From the NCBI GenBank assembly GCA_035532615.1, contig DATKQQ010000076.1:483-64482 (forward strand): a stretch of 64,000 nucleotides of DNA, given 5' to 3'. Shown here in pieces: positions 40,027 through 48,981 of this stretch. Each line of letters starts with the position of its first letter. Within the stretch, counting starts at the first letter, position 1. The translations under genes and the position numbers were made by a program. This DNA is from Hanamia sp. Its GTDB lineage: Bacteria > Bacteroidota > Bacteroidia > Chitinophagales > Chitinophagaceae. The notes below the pieces were generated by a model, which searched no databases, was not told the origin of the DNA, and saw only the letters and a program-made list of their open reading frames with translations.

Positions 40027-41043
40027 TTATTCAAAAAATAATTTTATTATTTCATTTCCTTTATTTTGAAAAGCTACATGAGCCTTTTCTTTTAGTTTTT
40101 CCAGTTTTTGCTTGTTTGTCTCATCCAATTCAATAACACAAGTTTCGTCAAGTTCGGTCTCTATCCGTTTGTAGACGAAATTTGGCTTATGTCCTTCTTC
40201 CCGGTCTATTCCGTTTTGCAGTAAGCTGATTAAGTTCTGTACCAATTGAGATTGTCCTTGCATGAACAATTCTATCAAACGTTTACGGTTACTGCCCACC
40301 CAATATTTTAGTCCCCAATTATGACGATCACGTGCATCAACAAAATGTTGGTTACCTGTACCCAGTGAAAGCACTTGCAGTTCCGACAAATCCTTTTTGA
40401 ATGCTTTTTGTGCTTCGATAATGGTAAGCAGGGTAGGATTATTCGCGACAACTCCTCCGTCTACTTTATTGCTAAATGATTGTTCCATCCCATGTAGGTC
40501 CACATACTTTGTGGAATAAGGATCGAAGTAAGTGGGTGCAGCAGATGTTGCCATTGCTGCTTGGTAAGCCGGTATATGATAATCTCTGATAAATCTTGGA
40601 TGATAATCGTTCTTGAGAACTGAAGGCTTTCCCTGCATCAGGTCATAAATAGGAATACATACATTGGTTTTACAGTCTTTTAAAATCGGTTCTTCCCCAC
40701 CTTTTGCTTCTTTGAACTTATCCCGAATAAGATTTTCCAAATCATCCTGTTCATGAGCGGAGTAAAATATCTTGCCTAACAACGTTCTTTTGCGGCCAAA
40801 GATTTTTGAAGCATTATTAAAATATAAATCAACAATTTCCGCTGCTGGTATTCCCAGTGCAAGTGCAATTGCTATTATACCGCCAGTAGATGTGCCACCT
40901 ATCAATTGAAAGTTATCATAGATGCTGTATTTCTCTACGCCTCTAGCCTTTAATTGTGCTTCTATCAGAGCCAAAAACATAGCAGGGAATATTCCTCGAA
41001 TACCACCCCCATCTATCGTTAATATATTGAACTTCTTTTCCAT
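40027..41043 (-). CDS. Patatin-like phospholipase (CapV-like effector)
   Basis: Oxyanion DGGGIRG, nucleophile GTSTG, catalytic DGG. 338 aa. Confidence 0.9.
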   Translation of the reverse strand: MEKKFNILTIDGGGIRGIFPAMFLALIEAQLKARGVEKYSIYDNFQLIGGTSTGGIIAIALALGIPAAEIVDLYFNNASKIFGRKRTLLGKIFYSAHEQDDLENLIRDKFKEAKGGEEPILKDCKTNVCIPIYDLMQGKPSVLKNDYHPRFIRDYHIPAYQAAMATSAAPTYFDPYSTKYVDLHGMEQSFSNKVDGGVVANNPTLLTIIEAQKAFKKDLSELQVLSLGTGNQHFVDARDRHNWGLKYWVGSNRKRLIELFMQGQSQLVQNLISLLQNGIDREEGHKPNFVYKRIETELDETCVIELDETNKQKLEKLKEKAHVAFQNKGNEIIKLFFE

Positions 41044-41177
41044 TTTAACTTTGTCATTTTAACTCTAATCTCTACGATTAATATTTTTTGTATCTGAGAT
41101 TGAAGAACGGCACCTCCAAATTTTTTGATAATTCTTTTCTAAATATCCAACATAATTGTATCTATTGGTAATCAGAT

Positions 41178-41633
41178 CTATTTCTCATGGTCGTCTTGTT
41201 TTTTAGGTAAATTATCTTGCGGATGTATTCCACCACCAGTCCATTCACCAGTGCCCAACCATATTTCATAATGATACAACCATTCGTAAGCCCAAGGAAT
41301 TACAGTTGTTGCTAACAACATCGTTTTATTCCATTCCTTGCCATCAGGATAGTACAGGCACAAGCGTTGTTCTTTTTGGTCGTAACAATGGGGCAACTTT
41401 GTTTTTCCCTTGGCTAAAGGCAATGGCTTAGGATCTACTATATAAATCTTTGGAGGGCTGCTCAATTGATACATTAGTTTTATCTTATACAATCCACCTA
41501 AAGGAGATGGTGATATAGTGGATGTCCAGATCAACTGCCGATCATGCACAGTCTTTACCTTACCATCAATAAAGATGTGTCGTAAATTCATTGCTTGAAT
41601 TCCTATTGGTAATGGTTTAATCCTCCGGGCCAT
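41178..41633 (-). CDS. Stand-alone UBC/E2-like protein (Cap2-short-like)
   Basis: YKIKLMY..SSPPKIYIV..LPHCYDQKEQRLCLYYPDGKEW..IPWAYEWL follows the E2 fold pattern, with His and Cys spaced 10 residues apart. ATG at 41633 overlaps the cyclase stop by 17 nt; an alternative ATG is at 41591. Confidence 0.55.
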   Translation of the reverse strand: MARRIKPLPIGIQAMNLRHIFIDGKVKTVHDRQLIWTSTISPSPLGGLYKIKLMYQLSSPPKIYIVDPKPLPLAKGKTKLPHCYDQKEQRLCLYYPDGKEWNKTMLLATTVIPWAYEWLYHYEIWLGTGEWTGGGIHPQDNLPKKQDDHEK

Positions 41634-42861
41634 AAAAATTGTGTGGTTTAATTGCTTTAACAGCACCGGCAACAATACCGATCTTTGGATCAAATTGGTT
41701 TGCACCTTTTTCTGTTAACAATCTTTTGCGTTCGCCAATATTGCTGAACATCTTTTTAATTTCATTTTGACCGAAAGCATTTGAAAGGCTTTTGATAATG
41801 TTTTGTTGACCGTGTTGTCCCATTGCATTGGAAATATCCTCTTTCACTTTTTTTAACCAGTCCTGAAACTTTTTTTCTTTAGCAGGAGTTTCTCTCCACT
41901 TGTCAGCAAAGTTTTCAGCAGGATTAACAGGATTTTCCACGCATCTGTAATACTCTCTTGTTATCGGATCCTGCCTTTCTACAAGGAACAAATGCATCCT
42001 TTCAATTACACCTACTAGAGCTTCTAAAACGTTGGTTTCTTTCTGATATGCATACGCGGCTAGTGTAGTGATGATAATGGAAATAGGCTTCTCTTTATCG
42101 TCTTTGAAGATCATGTCCCGGTGGCGTTTTAGAATTTGTACAACTCTTTGCAACGGCATTTTTTCACCCTGGAATTTTGGTACTGGCTTTACAGCTTCAT
42201 TGAGTGAAAACAGCTTGACACCAGAAAATGTCGCCTGGTCGATAAACCATCTTGCATAACCAAAGGGGTTGCTCCTTAACCAGTATTCAGGTCTTCTTTC
42301 TGTTTCGTAATTATCTTCTTCCCTGTCAGTAATGCTGATTGCTAAGTGATCCACATCATTAATAGTGATATTTGAAAAAGCTTTCTCCAGCAGCACTGAA
42401 TAGCCAGAAGCAATAACTGCAGGCAATATATCCATATGGTACTGATCGTTCTTTTCAGAGTTTTCGCGGTATCTCAGCGTCCAGCATCTTCTGCCTTCTT
42501 CATCTAATAAGCTCTGATAGGTTTTGTGGTTTTCAATCTGGTCACCTACAATATCCTTCAAGTCCTTTTGGGTCCACCAATCTTTCTTGCCGGATAACTC
42601 ACAAACTAAATCAATATCCAAGTCCTGATTTTCGTCATAAGGACAGATTGTGGTACCCAACAAGAATGAACCCTGTGGCTTTATAGTAGGGTTATAGGGT
42701 TTTAATAATGATCCATCAGCACAAAGCCAACTACCAACTGCTTTGTAACTTTTGACCGCGTTATTAAATTCTGTTTCAGAAATATCGAGGGCATTACCAA
42801 GTTCCTCCAGAATTTCGTTGAACTCGGTTTTTTGTTCTTTTGTAAGCATATTAAATGACAT
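41617..42861 (-). CDS. Pol-beta-fold nucleotidyltransferase, CD-NTase/SMODS-like (putative CBASS cyclase)
   Basis: G64-S65...D80-L-D82-I-D84 and D144 (HMDILP) give the GS/DxD/D triad. Also an N-terminal spine helix and a long helical C-terminal half. Confidence 0.7.
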   Translation of the reverse strand: MSFNMLTKEQKTEFNEILEELGNALDISETEFNNAVKSYKAVGSWLCADGSLLKPYNPTIKPQGSFLLGTTICPYDENQDLDIDLVCELSGKKDWWTQKDLKDIVGDQIENHKTYQSLLDEEGRRCWTLRYRENSEKNDQYHMDILPAVIASGYSVLLEKAFSNITINDVDHLAISITDREEDNYETERRPEYWLRSNPFGYARWFIDQATFSGVKLFSLNEAVKPVPKFQGEKMPLQRVVQILKRHRDMIFKDDKEKPISIIITTLAAYAYQKETNVLEALVGVIERMHLFLVERQDPITREYYRCVENPVNPAENFADKWRETPAKEKKFQDWLKKVKEDISNAMGQHGQQNIIKSLSNAFGQNEIKKMFSNIGERKRLLTEKGANQFDPKIGIVAGAVKAIKPHNFYGPED

Positions 42862-42948
42862 TTATTTACTTTAATTAGTTTTTAATTTGAATTTCTACAT
42901 AAACTTTTCTCAACTGAATTCTTAAGCGTTATATCTTCAAAGTAGTTT

Positions 42949-43275
42949 TTAAACTAAACCACTTATTTTATTAACAACGATTCCCACAATCCCATTCTTA
43001 AATTTATCCAGTTCAATTGCTTTCAAACCTGCTTCTTTAAGTGCCTCCATTTCCATTTCTTCTTTTTGTGTTTGGATTTGGAATTCAAAATCTTCAATTG
43101 TAATTTCTTTATCTACGACTTGCAAACTCCATTTCTTTATATTTTCTTTCATAGAGTTTAATGCAGCCATACCATCCGCTTTTGCTTCTTTAAAACTATC
43201 TTTTAAGGACTCCTGCGCAAGACTTACCACGTCGGTTTTTATGCTTTTAAAAAAAGCTTCAAAATTAAAATCCAT
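42949..43275 (-). CDS. Hypothetical helical/coiled-coil protein
   Basis: 108 aa, K/E-rich, with hydrophobic tail GIVGIVVNKISGLV. Same strand as the cyclase and 88 nt upstream of it. Confidence 0.5.
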   Translation of the reverse strand: MDFNFEAFFKSIKTDVVSLAQESLKDSFKEAKADGMAALNSMKENIKKWSLQVVDKEITIEDFEFQIQTQKEEMEMEALKEAGLKAIELDKFKNGIVGIVVNKISGLV

Positions 43276-43292
43276 TATTGTATTATTTAAAT

Positions 43293-43736
43293 TTAATTGT
43301 TATTTGTTATTGAGGATTGTTTTATCTTTTTACTTTCCAGTTCGGCAATTTGATCAAAGGATTTAGCAATCAATTCCTTTTCATTTTCAATGAAGGCAGG
43401 CCTTAATTTCTTTTCGCTTTTCCAGTGTTGTATAAACCCACCATACAGATGCCCACTGGTATCGATCATCTTTTCCCACATTTTAGTTGTGATCGTGTTT
43501 TTGGGTCTGTTTTTTTCGTATTCATAAAGTTTATTCATCTCTGTTTGTACATTTGCTATTTCCTGCAAATGATCAGCATATTTATCCGTTGCCAGGCTCA
43601 TAGTATTCATAGCATCTACCTTAATAGAAGTAGCCTGCGTGTAAGCATATTGATCAAAATTTGATATGGTAGCACATCCGTATAACAAAGAGAAGACAAT
43701 AAAAATACCTATCCTTGAATAGTAACTAAATTTCAT
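43293..43736 (-). CDS. Hypothetical lipoprotein
   Basis: Lipobox SLLYGC. 147 aa. Lies 18 nt upstream of the 108-aa ORF. Confidence 0.55.
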   Translation of the reverse strand: MKFSYYSRIGIFIVFSLLYGCATISNFDQYAYTQATSIKVDAMNTMSLATDKYADHLQEIANVQTEMNKLYEYEKNRPKNTITTKMWEKMIDTSGHLYGGFIQHWKSEKKLRPAFIENEKELIAKSFDQIAELESKKIKQSSITNNN

Positions 43737-43802
43737 TCTTGAATTAATTGAGTTGTTAATAAATTCATTTTTGTATAAAAGTATTCATAGGGTATTTCTT
43801 AA

Positions 43803-44036
43803 TTAATGTTTCGTATCCTTGGGTGGATTCGGATCATTCCCATAAGAATCTTTGTCTCTGATTCTACCGTCAGGTCTATGAATCACCACTTCTGATTCTT
43901 GATTAATAGCTATTTCTCTTGCAATTTCAATAGCCTGTTTTTGTGTGTCGGTAATTCTTGTGGCTTTTTCATTACCGGCACCTTTAACTTGCCATCCGCC
44001 CTCGGGATGGGGAGTTACGTGTTGATTTTTACCCAT
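43803..44036 (-). CDS. DUF2188-like small protein
   Basis: HVTPHPEGGWQVKGAGNEKATRITDTQKQAIEIAREIA matches the DUF2188 pattern. ATG at 44036 preferred over the TTG at 44072. Confidence 0.65.
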   Translation of the reverse strand: MGKNQHVTPHPEGGWQVKGAGNEKATRITDTQKQAIEIAREIAINQESEVVIHRPDGRIRDKDSYGNDPNPPKDTKH

Positions 44037-44263
44037 TATATTTTTGTTTTTGGGTTTAATGATTTGCCCCAACCTTATATCGGAGTAGAGGCAGTGTCGC
44101 CGGAAAGCTTAAGAAAAGGAGTTATTAACGGCAGGAAGTTTTGTGACACTTACTGTGAGGTCTGCAAACCGCAGGCTTGTTTATTTTACAAACAAGAACT
44201 ACTTTTGCAGCGCAAATTTAAATAACGGAAAAGAGTAAGCTTATCAAAGAACTCAATTCCTGG

Positions 44264-44304
44264 CAGCCCTGATAGCGCTAACTATCGGGGCTGTACCTTT
44301 TATT
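44264..44304 (+). terminator. Orphan strong hairpin plus T-rich tail
   Basis: CAGCCCTGATAG / CTATCGGGGCTG 12-bp stem (one G-U), then TACCTTTTATT. No credible plus-strand gene lies upstream. Confidence 0.45.
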
Positions 44305-45123
44305 AAAGAACTCTTTAACATTTCAATAATTGCGCCCATTTTCGCATCTCTACATTTCTATGTCAAATTTACATAAAATTAATCTTTGATAATAATTTTA
44401 GTATAAAAAAACTAAAAAATTGTGCAAATAATGGCCTACGCTCTGCCAGATATGGAAGTTTAAAGAAGTTTTGTCATTTCTTTTATCTCCAATTTGCCCC
44501 GATCCAAATAATAAGAATGATTTTAAGAATTAAAGTTCTGGAGAGATATAGCAATCAACAAATTCAACAATTAATTTTCGTTTAAACCAAATAAGAACTT
44601 GCCTTATGGTAAATCTTATTAACTGTTGCTGATAGCTTAAGAGTAGGGCAGAAGATATTTTTCGTTTACACATTGCTGTGACATTGTTGGATAGTAAACG
44701 AAGAAATACTGAGGAATTTTATTTTGAAGTCTAAATAATATGCGGGACTTCGTACACCAACCGTACATTGAAGAATTTTACAATCGCCGGGGAGGCTTCA
44801 ATACATGACAAAAGCGTTGTGCATGAACACCGATAAAAGGAAGAATTTTTTATTAAAACAATTTCTTACTTTGTGGGGTAACTGATTGCTCTTCGCTATC
44901 CTGTTTTAAAAGCTGATTTTCACTGCATGCATACTTTTTTATCTATATAATTCAATACATTTGAAATCTGTTAGTGAAGGAGAAAACTGAAAAGATCAAT
45001 TCATTGTATCTTGTCTAAAACAAAGGTTTTGTTTGATTGAATAAGCTGATACGGTTGGATTTGGACAACAATATGTTTTCAACATCTTCACGCACTTATT
45101 CTAAAAAAATATTAATCTCACAA

Positions 45124-46695
45124 ATGGCCAAAACAACAAAGCAAAAAAAACAAAAATCTATTGAAGAAACACTGTGGGACAGTGCGAATAAATTAAGGGG
45201 TTCAGTTGAACCATCCGAATATAAGCATGTGGTTTTAGGACTTATATTTTTAAAGTTTGCCAGCGATAAGTTTGAAGAACGCAGGCAAGAATTGATTGTC
45301 GAAGGCAAAGAAAAGTATGTAGACATGGTGGAGTTTTACACCAGTAAAAATGTTTTCTACTTACCTGAAATTTCCCGGTGGAGTTATTTAATCGAAAATG
45401 CCAAACAAGATGACATTGCCATAAAAATTGATACGGCTCTTTTTACTGTTGAGAAAAATAATCCCGCTTTGAAAGGCGCCTTGCCCGACAATTATTATTC
45501 CCGAATGAGTTTGGATGTAAGCAAACTCGCTTCGTTGCTGGATACGATCAATAATATTAATACCCTTAAAGACAAAGAGCAGGACATTGTGGGAAGAGTA
45601 TATGAATACTTTCTCAGCAAGTTCGCTATTGCTGAAGGAAAAGGTAAAGGAGAATTTTATACGCCAAAGAGTATTGTAAACCTGATAGCTGAAATGATCG
45701 AACCTTACAAGGGGAAAATATATGACCCTTGTTGTGGTTCGGGTGGCATGTTTGTACAAAGTATGAAGTTCATTGAAAGCCATCATGGGAATAAAAAAGA
45801 TATTTCTATTTACGGTCAGGAAGCCATTACCACCACCTACAAACTGGCAAAGATGAATCTTGCCATTCGCGGTATTAGCGCAAATCTTGGCGATGTTGCA
45901 GAGAATACATTTTTCCGTGACCAGCACAAAGATTTGAAAGCCGATTATGTAATGGCTAATCCTCCTTTTAACCAGAAGCAATGGCGGGCAGACAATGAAC
46001 TCACCAGCGACCCAAGGTGGGCGGGCTATGAAGTGCCGCCAACGGGAAATGCCAACTATGCCTGGATTTTGAACATTGTGAGTAAGCTTTCTGAAAACGG
46101 AGTGGCTGGTTTTGTTTTGGCAAATGGCGCTTTATCAGGCGGAGGGACAGAATATGACATCCGGAAAAAGCTCATTGAAAATAATTTGGTGGAAGCTATT
46201 GTAGTGTTGCCACAGAATATGTTTTATACGACCAACATTAGCGTTACTCTTTGGTTTTTGAATAAAAATAAAAAAGAAAGAACTATTGAGCAAAACGGGA
46301 AGATTAAAAAATACCGCAACCGGGAAAGGGAAATACTCTTTATGGATTTAAGAGAAATTGGGATTCCATTTGAAAAAAAATACATCCAGTTTTCAGATGA
46401 TAATATCAAGCAGGTGACCGATACTTTTCACAATTGGCAACAAATCGGTTATGAAAATACTTATCAGAATACTCCGGAGTTTTGTTACAGTGCCTCATTT
46501 GAAGAAATAGAGAAAAAAGATTTTTCATTGGTACCCAGCAAGTACATTGAATTTGTAAACCGTGATGAGAATGTTGACTTTGATGAAAAGATGCAGGCCT
46601 TACAAAAAGAATTTGCCGATTTGCTGAAAGCAGAAGATCAATCAAAAAAAGATTTGCTAACCGTATTTAAAGAACTGGGTTATGAAATTGAATGA
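45124..46695 (+). CDS. hsdM: Type I restriction-modification system methyltransferase subunit
   Basis: HsdM N-terminal domain (LWDSANKLRG), SAM motif DPCCGSGGMF and catalytic NPPF. Start moved to MAKTTKQ. Confidence 0.9.
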   Translation: MAKTTKQKKQKSIEETLWDSANKLRGSVEPSEYKHVVLGLIFLKFASDKFEERRQELIVEGKEKYVDMVEFYTSKNVFYLPEISRWSYLIENAKQDDIAIKIDTALFTVEKNNPALKGALPDNYYSRMSLDVSKLASLLDTINNINTLKDKEQDIVGRVYEYFLSKFAIAEGKGKGEFYTPKSIVNLIAEMIEPYKGKIYDPCCGSGGMFVQSMKFIESHHGNKKDISIYGQEAITTTYKLAKMNLAIRGISANLGDVAENTFFRDQHKDLKADYVMANPPFNQKQWRADNELTSDPRWAGYEVPPTGNANYAWILNIVSKLSENGVAGFVLANGALSGGGTEYDIRKKLIENNLVEAIVVLPQNMFYTTNISVTLWFLNKNKKERTIEQNGKIKKYRNREREILFMDLREIGIPFEKKYIQFSDDNIKQVTDTFHNWQQIGYENTYQNTPEFCYSASFEEIEKKDFSLVPSKYIEFVNRDENVDFDEKMQALQKEFADLLKAEDQSKKDLLTVFKELGYEIE

Positions 46696-47722
46696 AATGG
46701 CAAACAGCAGTTTTGTTTCCGATATAAAACAAATTCTTGATCAGGCAAGACAAAAAGCCTATTCCGCTATCAATGTTGCAATGGTAGAAGCCTATTGGTT
46801 TGTTGGCAAAAAAATTGTGGAGCAGGAGCAACAAGGACAACAGCGTGCAGGATATGGACAATCCCTGATAAAAGAATTATCCAAAGTTTTAACACTGGAT
46901 TTTGGAAAAGGGTTTTCCGAAACAAACATTCGCAGCTTTCGCCTGTTTTATCTCACATTCCCTGAATATCTTTCAATTCAGCAGACACTGTCTGCTAAAT
47001 TGAGTTGGTCTCACTTTCAATTAATTATGAGGGTGTCAAACCTCAATGCACGGGCTTATTACCTCAAAGAAGCCGCTGACAATGGGTGGTCCGTTCGCAC
47101 TTTAGACAGAAATATTTCAACCCTTTATTACGACAGGCTACTACTTTCACAAAAAGAAGAACCCGTAAAGGATGAAATGATAGAAAAAACAAAAAAACTG
47201 CAACAGGATAAATTTGAGTTTATCAAAAATCCATCAGTGTTAGAATTTTTAAACCTTCCTGCCAATACCGGTTACACAGAATCTGAATTGGAAAGTGCAT
47301 TGATCAATAATCTGCAAAATTTTATACTGGAATTAGGTAAAGGTTTTGCCTTTGTAGAACAACAACAATTGATAAGAACGGAAACCAGGGATTATTTTAT
47401 TGATATGGTGTTTTATAATTATTTGCTCAAATGCTTTGTACTCATTGATTTAAAAACATCACGAATAAGCCACGAAGACGTGGGGCAAATGGATATGTAT
47501 GTACGCATGTATGATGAACTTAAAAAAAGCGCTGATGATAACCCCACGCTTGGCATTGTGCTGTGTACAGAAACCGACCAGGATATCGCCCGATATTCTA
47601 TTTTGAAAGGAAACGAACAAATATTTGCCACTAAATACAAATTATTTTTACCTACCGAAGAAGAATTGAGAACCGAAATTGAACGGGGAAAATTAGTACT
47701 GAAATTACAATTTGATAAATAA
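46682..47722 (+). CDS. DUF1016/YhcG-like PD-(D/E)xK nuclease
   Basis: GFAFVEQQQLIRTETRDYFIDMVFYNYLLKCFVLIDLK is the DUF1016 nuclease core. The first four codons, MKLN, are identical to those of hsdS. Confidence 0.8.
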   Translation: MKLNEMANSSFVSDIKQILDQARQKAYSAINVAMVEAYWFVGKKIVEQEQQGQQRAGYGQSLIKELSKVLTLDFGKGFSETNIRSFRLFYLTFPEYLSIQQTLSAKLSWSHFQLIMRVSNLNARAYYLKEAADNGWSVRTLDRNISTLYYDRLLLSQKEEPVKDEMIEKTKKLQQDKFEFIKNPSVLEFLNLPANTGYTESELESALINNLQNFILELGKGFAFVEQQQLIRTETRDYFIDMVFYNYLLKCFVLIDLKTSRISHEDVGQMDMYVRMYDELKKSADDNPTLGIVLCTETDQDIARYSILKGNEQIFATKYKLFLPTEEELRTEIERGKLVLKLQFDK

Positions 47723-47744
47723 GAGTTGGGTTATGAAATTAAAT
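47723..47744 (+). other. Scar: second copy of the hsdM-3'/hsdS-5' junction
   Basis: GAGTTGGGTTATGAAATTAAAT compared with 46672-46693 GAACTGGGTTATGAAATTGAAT (19/22). It reads ELGYEIKL*, a second HsdM C-terminus. Confidence 0.75.
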
Positions 47745-48977
47745 TATAAAAAGATTGGGGATCATATTCGTTTAGTTGATGAACGAAATACGGGCCTAAA
47801 AGTGAAATCACTTTTAGGTTTAAGTATTTCAAAACAATTCATTCCTTCTGTTGCAAATATTATCGGTACTGATATGGAGAATTATAAAATCATTCGCAAA
47901 AATCAGTTCGCCTGTAGCACCATGCAGGTAAGAAGAGATAAAAAAATGCCTGTTGCTTTATTGCAGGAAGTTGATGAAGCAATTATTTCCGCTGCATACC
48001 CCGTATTTGAAATTAAAGACAACAAAGAACTTTTACCCGAATATTTAATGATGTGGTTTAGCCGCGTGGAGTTTGATCGTGAAGCTTGTTTTTATGCCAT
48101 TGGCGGCGTACGTGGAAGTTTGGAGTGGGAAGATTTTTGCGATATGAAATTACCGATTCCAAAACCCGACAAACAAAAAAAAATTGTAAAAGAATACAAC
48201 ACCATTGTAAACCGCATTACACTCAACAACCAACTCATTCAAAAATTAGAAGAAACAGCGCAGGCAATTTACAAGCAATGGTTTGTTGATTTTGAATTTC
48301 CTGATGAAGAGGGGAAGCCTTATAAAAGTAATGGCGGTAAATTGGATTGGAATGAGGAGTTGGGAAAGGAAATTCCGAAGGGGTGGGAAGTGAAATCTTT
48401 AAAATCACTTTGCTCAAAAATTGGAAGCGGCGCAACGCCTAAAGGGGGAAAGGAAAGTTATCATAAAACCGGGGTTTCACTTGTTAGGAGTATGAATGTA
48501 CATGATTACATCTTTTCAACCGAAGACTTGGCTTTTATAAATGATAAACAAGCAAAAGCACTTGAAACAGTTTCCCTCGTAAAACACGATATTCTTCTTA
48601 ACATCACGGGTGTGTCAGTCGCACGGTGTTGTATGGTTCCCGAATTTGTTTTGCCGGGCAGAGTTAATCAACACGTAATGATAATTCGACCAAGGGAAGA
48701 ATATCATTTGTCGCATTATTTGCTTTGTCTTCTTTGTTACTCTGATAGTAAGTCAAAGTTGCTTGGCATTAGTCAATCAGGGTCTACAAGAGAAGCTATA
48801 ACCAAAATGGAAATTGAAGAATTTAAAGTCATTAAGCCTGAAAAATTGACATTAAAATCGTTTGATCAAAAACTTAAAGTTCTTCTCAGAACCATTGAAG
48901 TTGAAATACAGAATAATATTAGACTAAATGAATTGCAGAATCTCCTTCTCTCAAAACTTGCAACTTTAGAAAATTAA
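47733..48977 (+). CDS. hsdS: Type I restriction-modification system specificity subunit
   Basis: Two target-recognition halves separated and followed by conserved helical spacers. ATG at 47733 preferred over the TTG at 47712. Confidence 0.85.
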   Translation: MKLNYKKIGDHIRLVDERNTGLKVKSLLGLSISKQFIPSVANIIGTDMENYKIIRKNQFACSTMQVRRDKKMPVALLQEVDEAIISAAYPVFEIKDNKELLPEYLMMWFSRVEFDREACFYAIGGVRGSLEWEDFCDMKLPIPKPDKQKKIVKEYNTIVNRITLNNQLIQKLEETAQAIYKQWFVDFEFPDEEGKPYKSNGGKLDWNEELGKEIPKGWEVKSLKSLCSKIGSGATPKGGKESYHKTGVSLVRSMNVHDYIFSTEDLAFINDKQAKALETVSLVKHDILLNITGVSVARCCMVPEFVLPGRVNQHVMIIRPREEYHLSHYLLCLLCYSDSKSKLLGISQSGSTREAITKMEIEEFKVIKPEKLTLKSFDQKLKVLLRTIEVEIQNNIRLNELQNLLLSKLATLEN

Positions 48978-48981
48978 TAGC

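Noticed and set aside
43899-44225. 108-aa plus-strand ORF overlapping the DUF2188 gene
   Set aside because: Half of it is antisense to the motif-supported DUF2188 ORF, and the rest runs through non-coding-looking sequence. There is no start context or motif.
45037-45123. N-terminal extensions offered by the ORF track (hsdM from 45037, Fe-S protein to 16688, hsdS TTG 47712, DUF2188 TTG 44072, GH108 TTG 39536, fbp GTG 28416)
   Set aside because: Family-typical N-termini begin at internal ATGs. The extensions overlap neighbouring genes or scars, or rely on rare start codons.
45388-45981. 197-aa ORF antisense to hsdM
   Set aside because: It is embedded in the clearly conserved hsdM coding sequence, with no motifs. 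It is a shadow ORF. The same reasoning applies to 6474-6998, 28409-28822, 36822-37175, 60004-60402, 1718-2005, 2460-2833, 9823-10209 and similar track entries.
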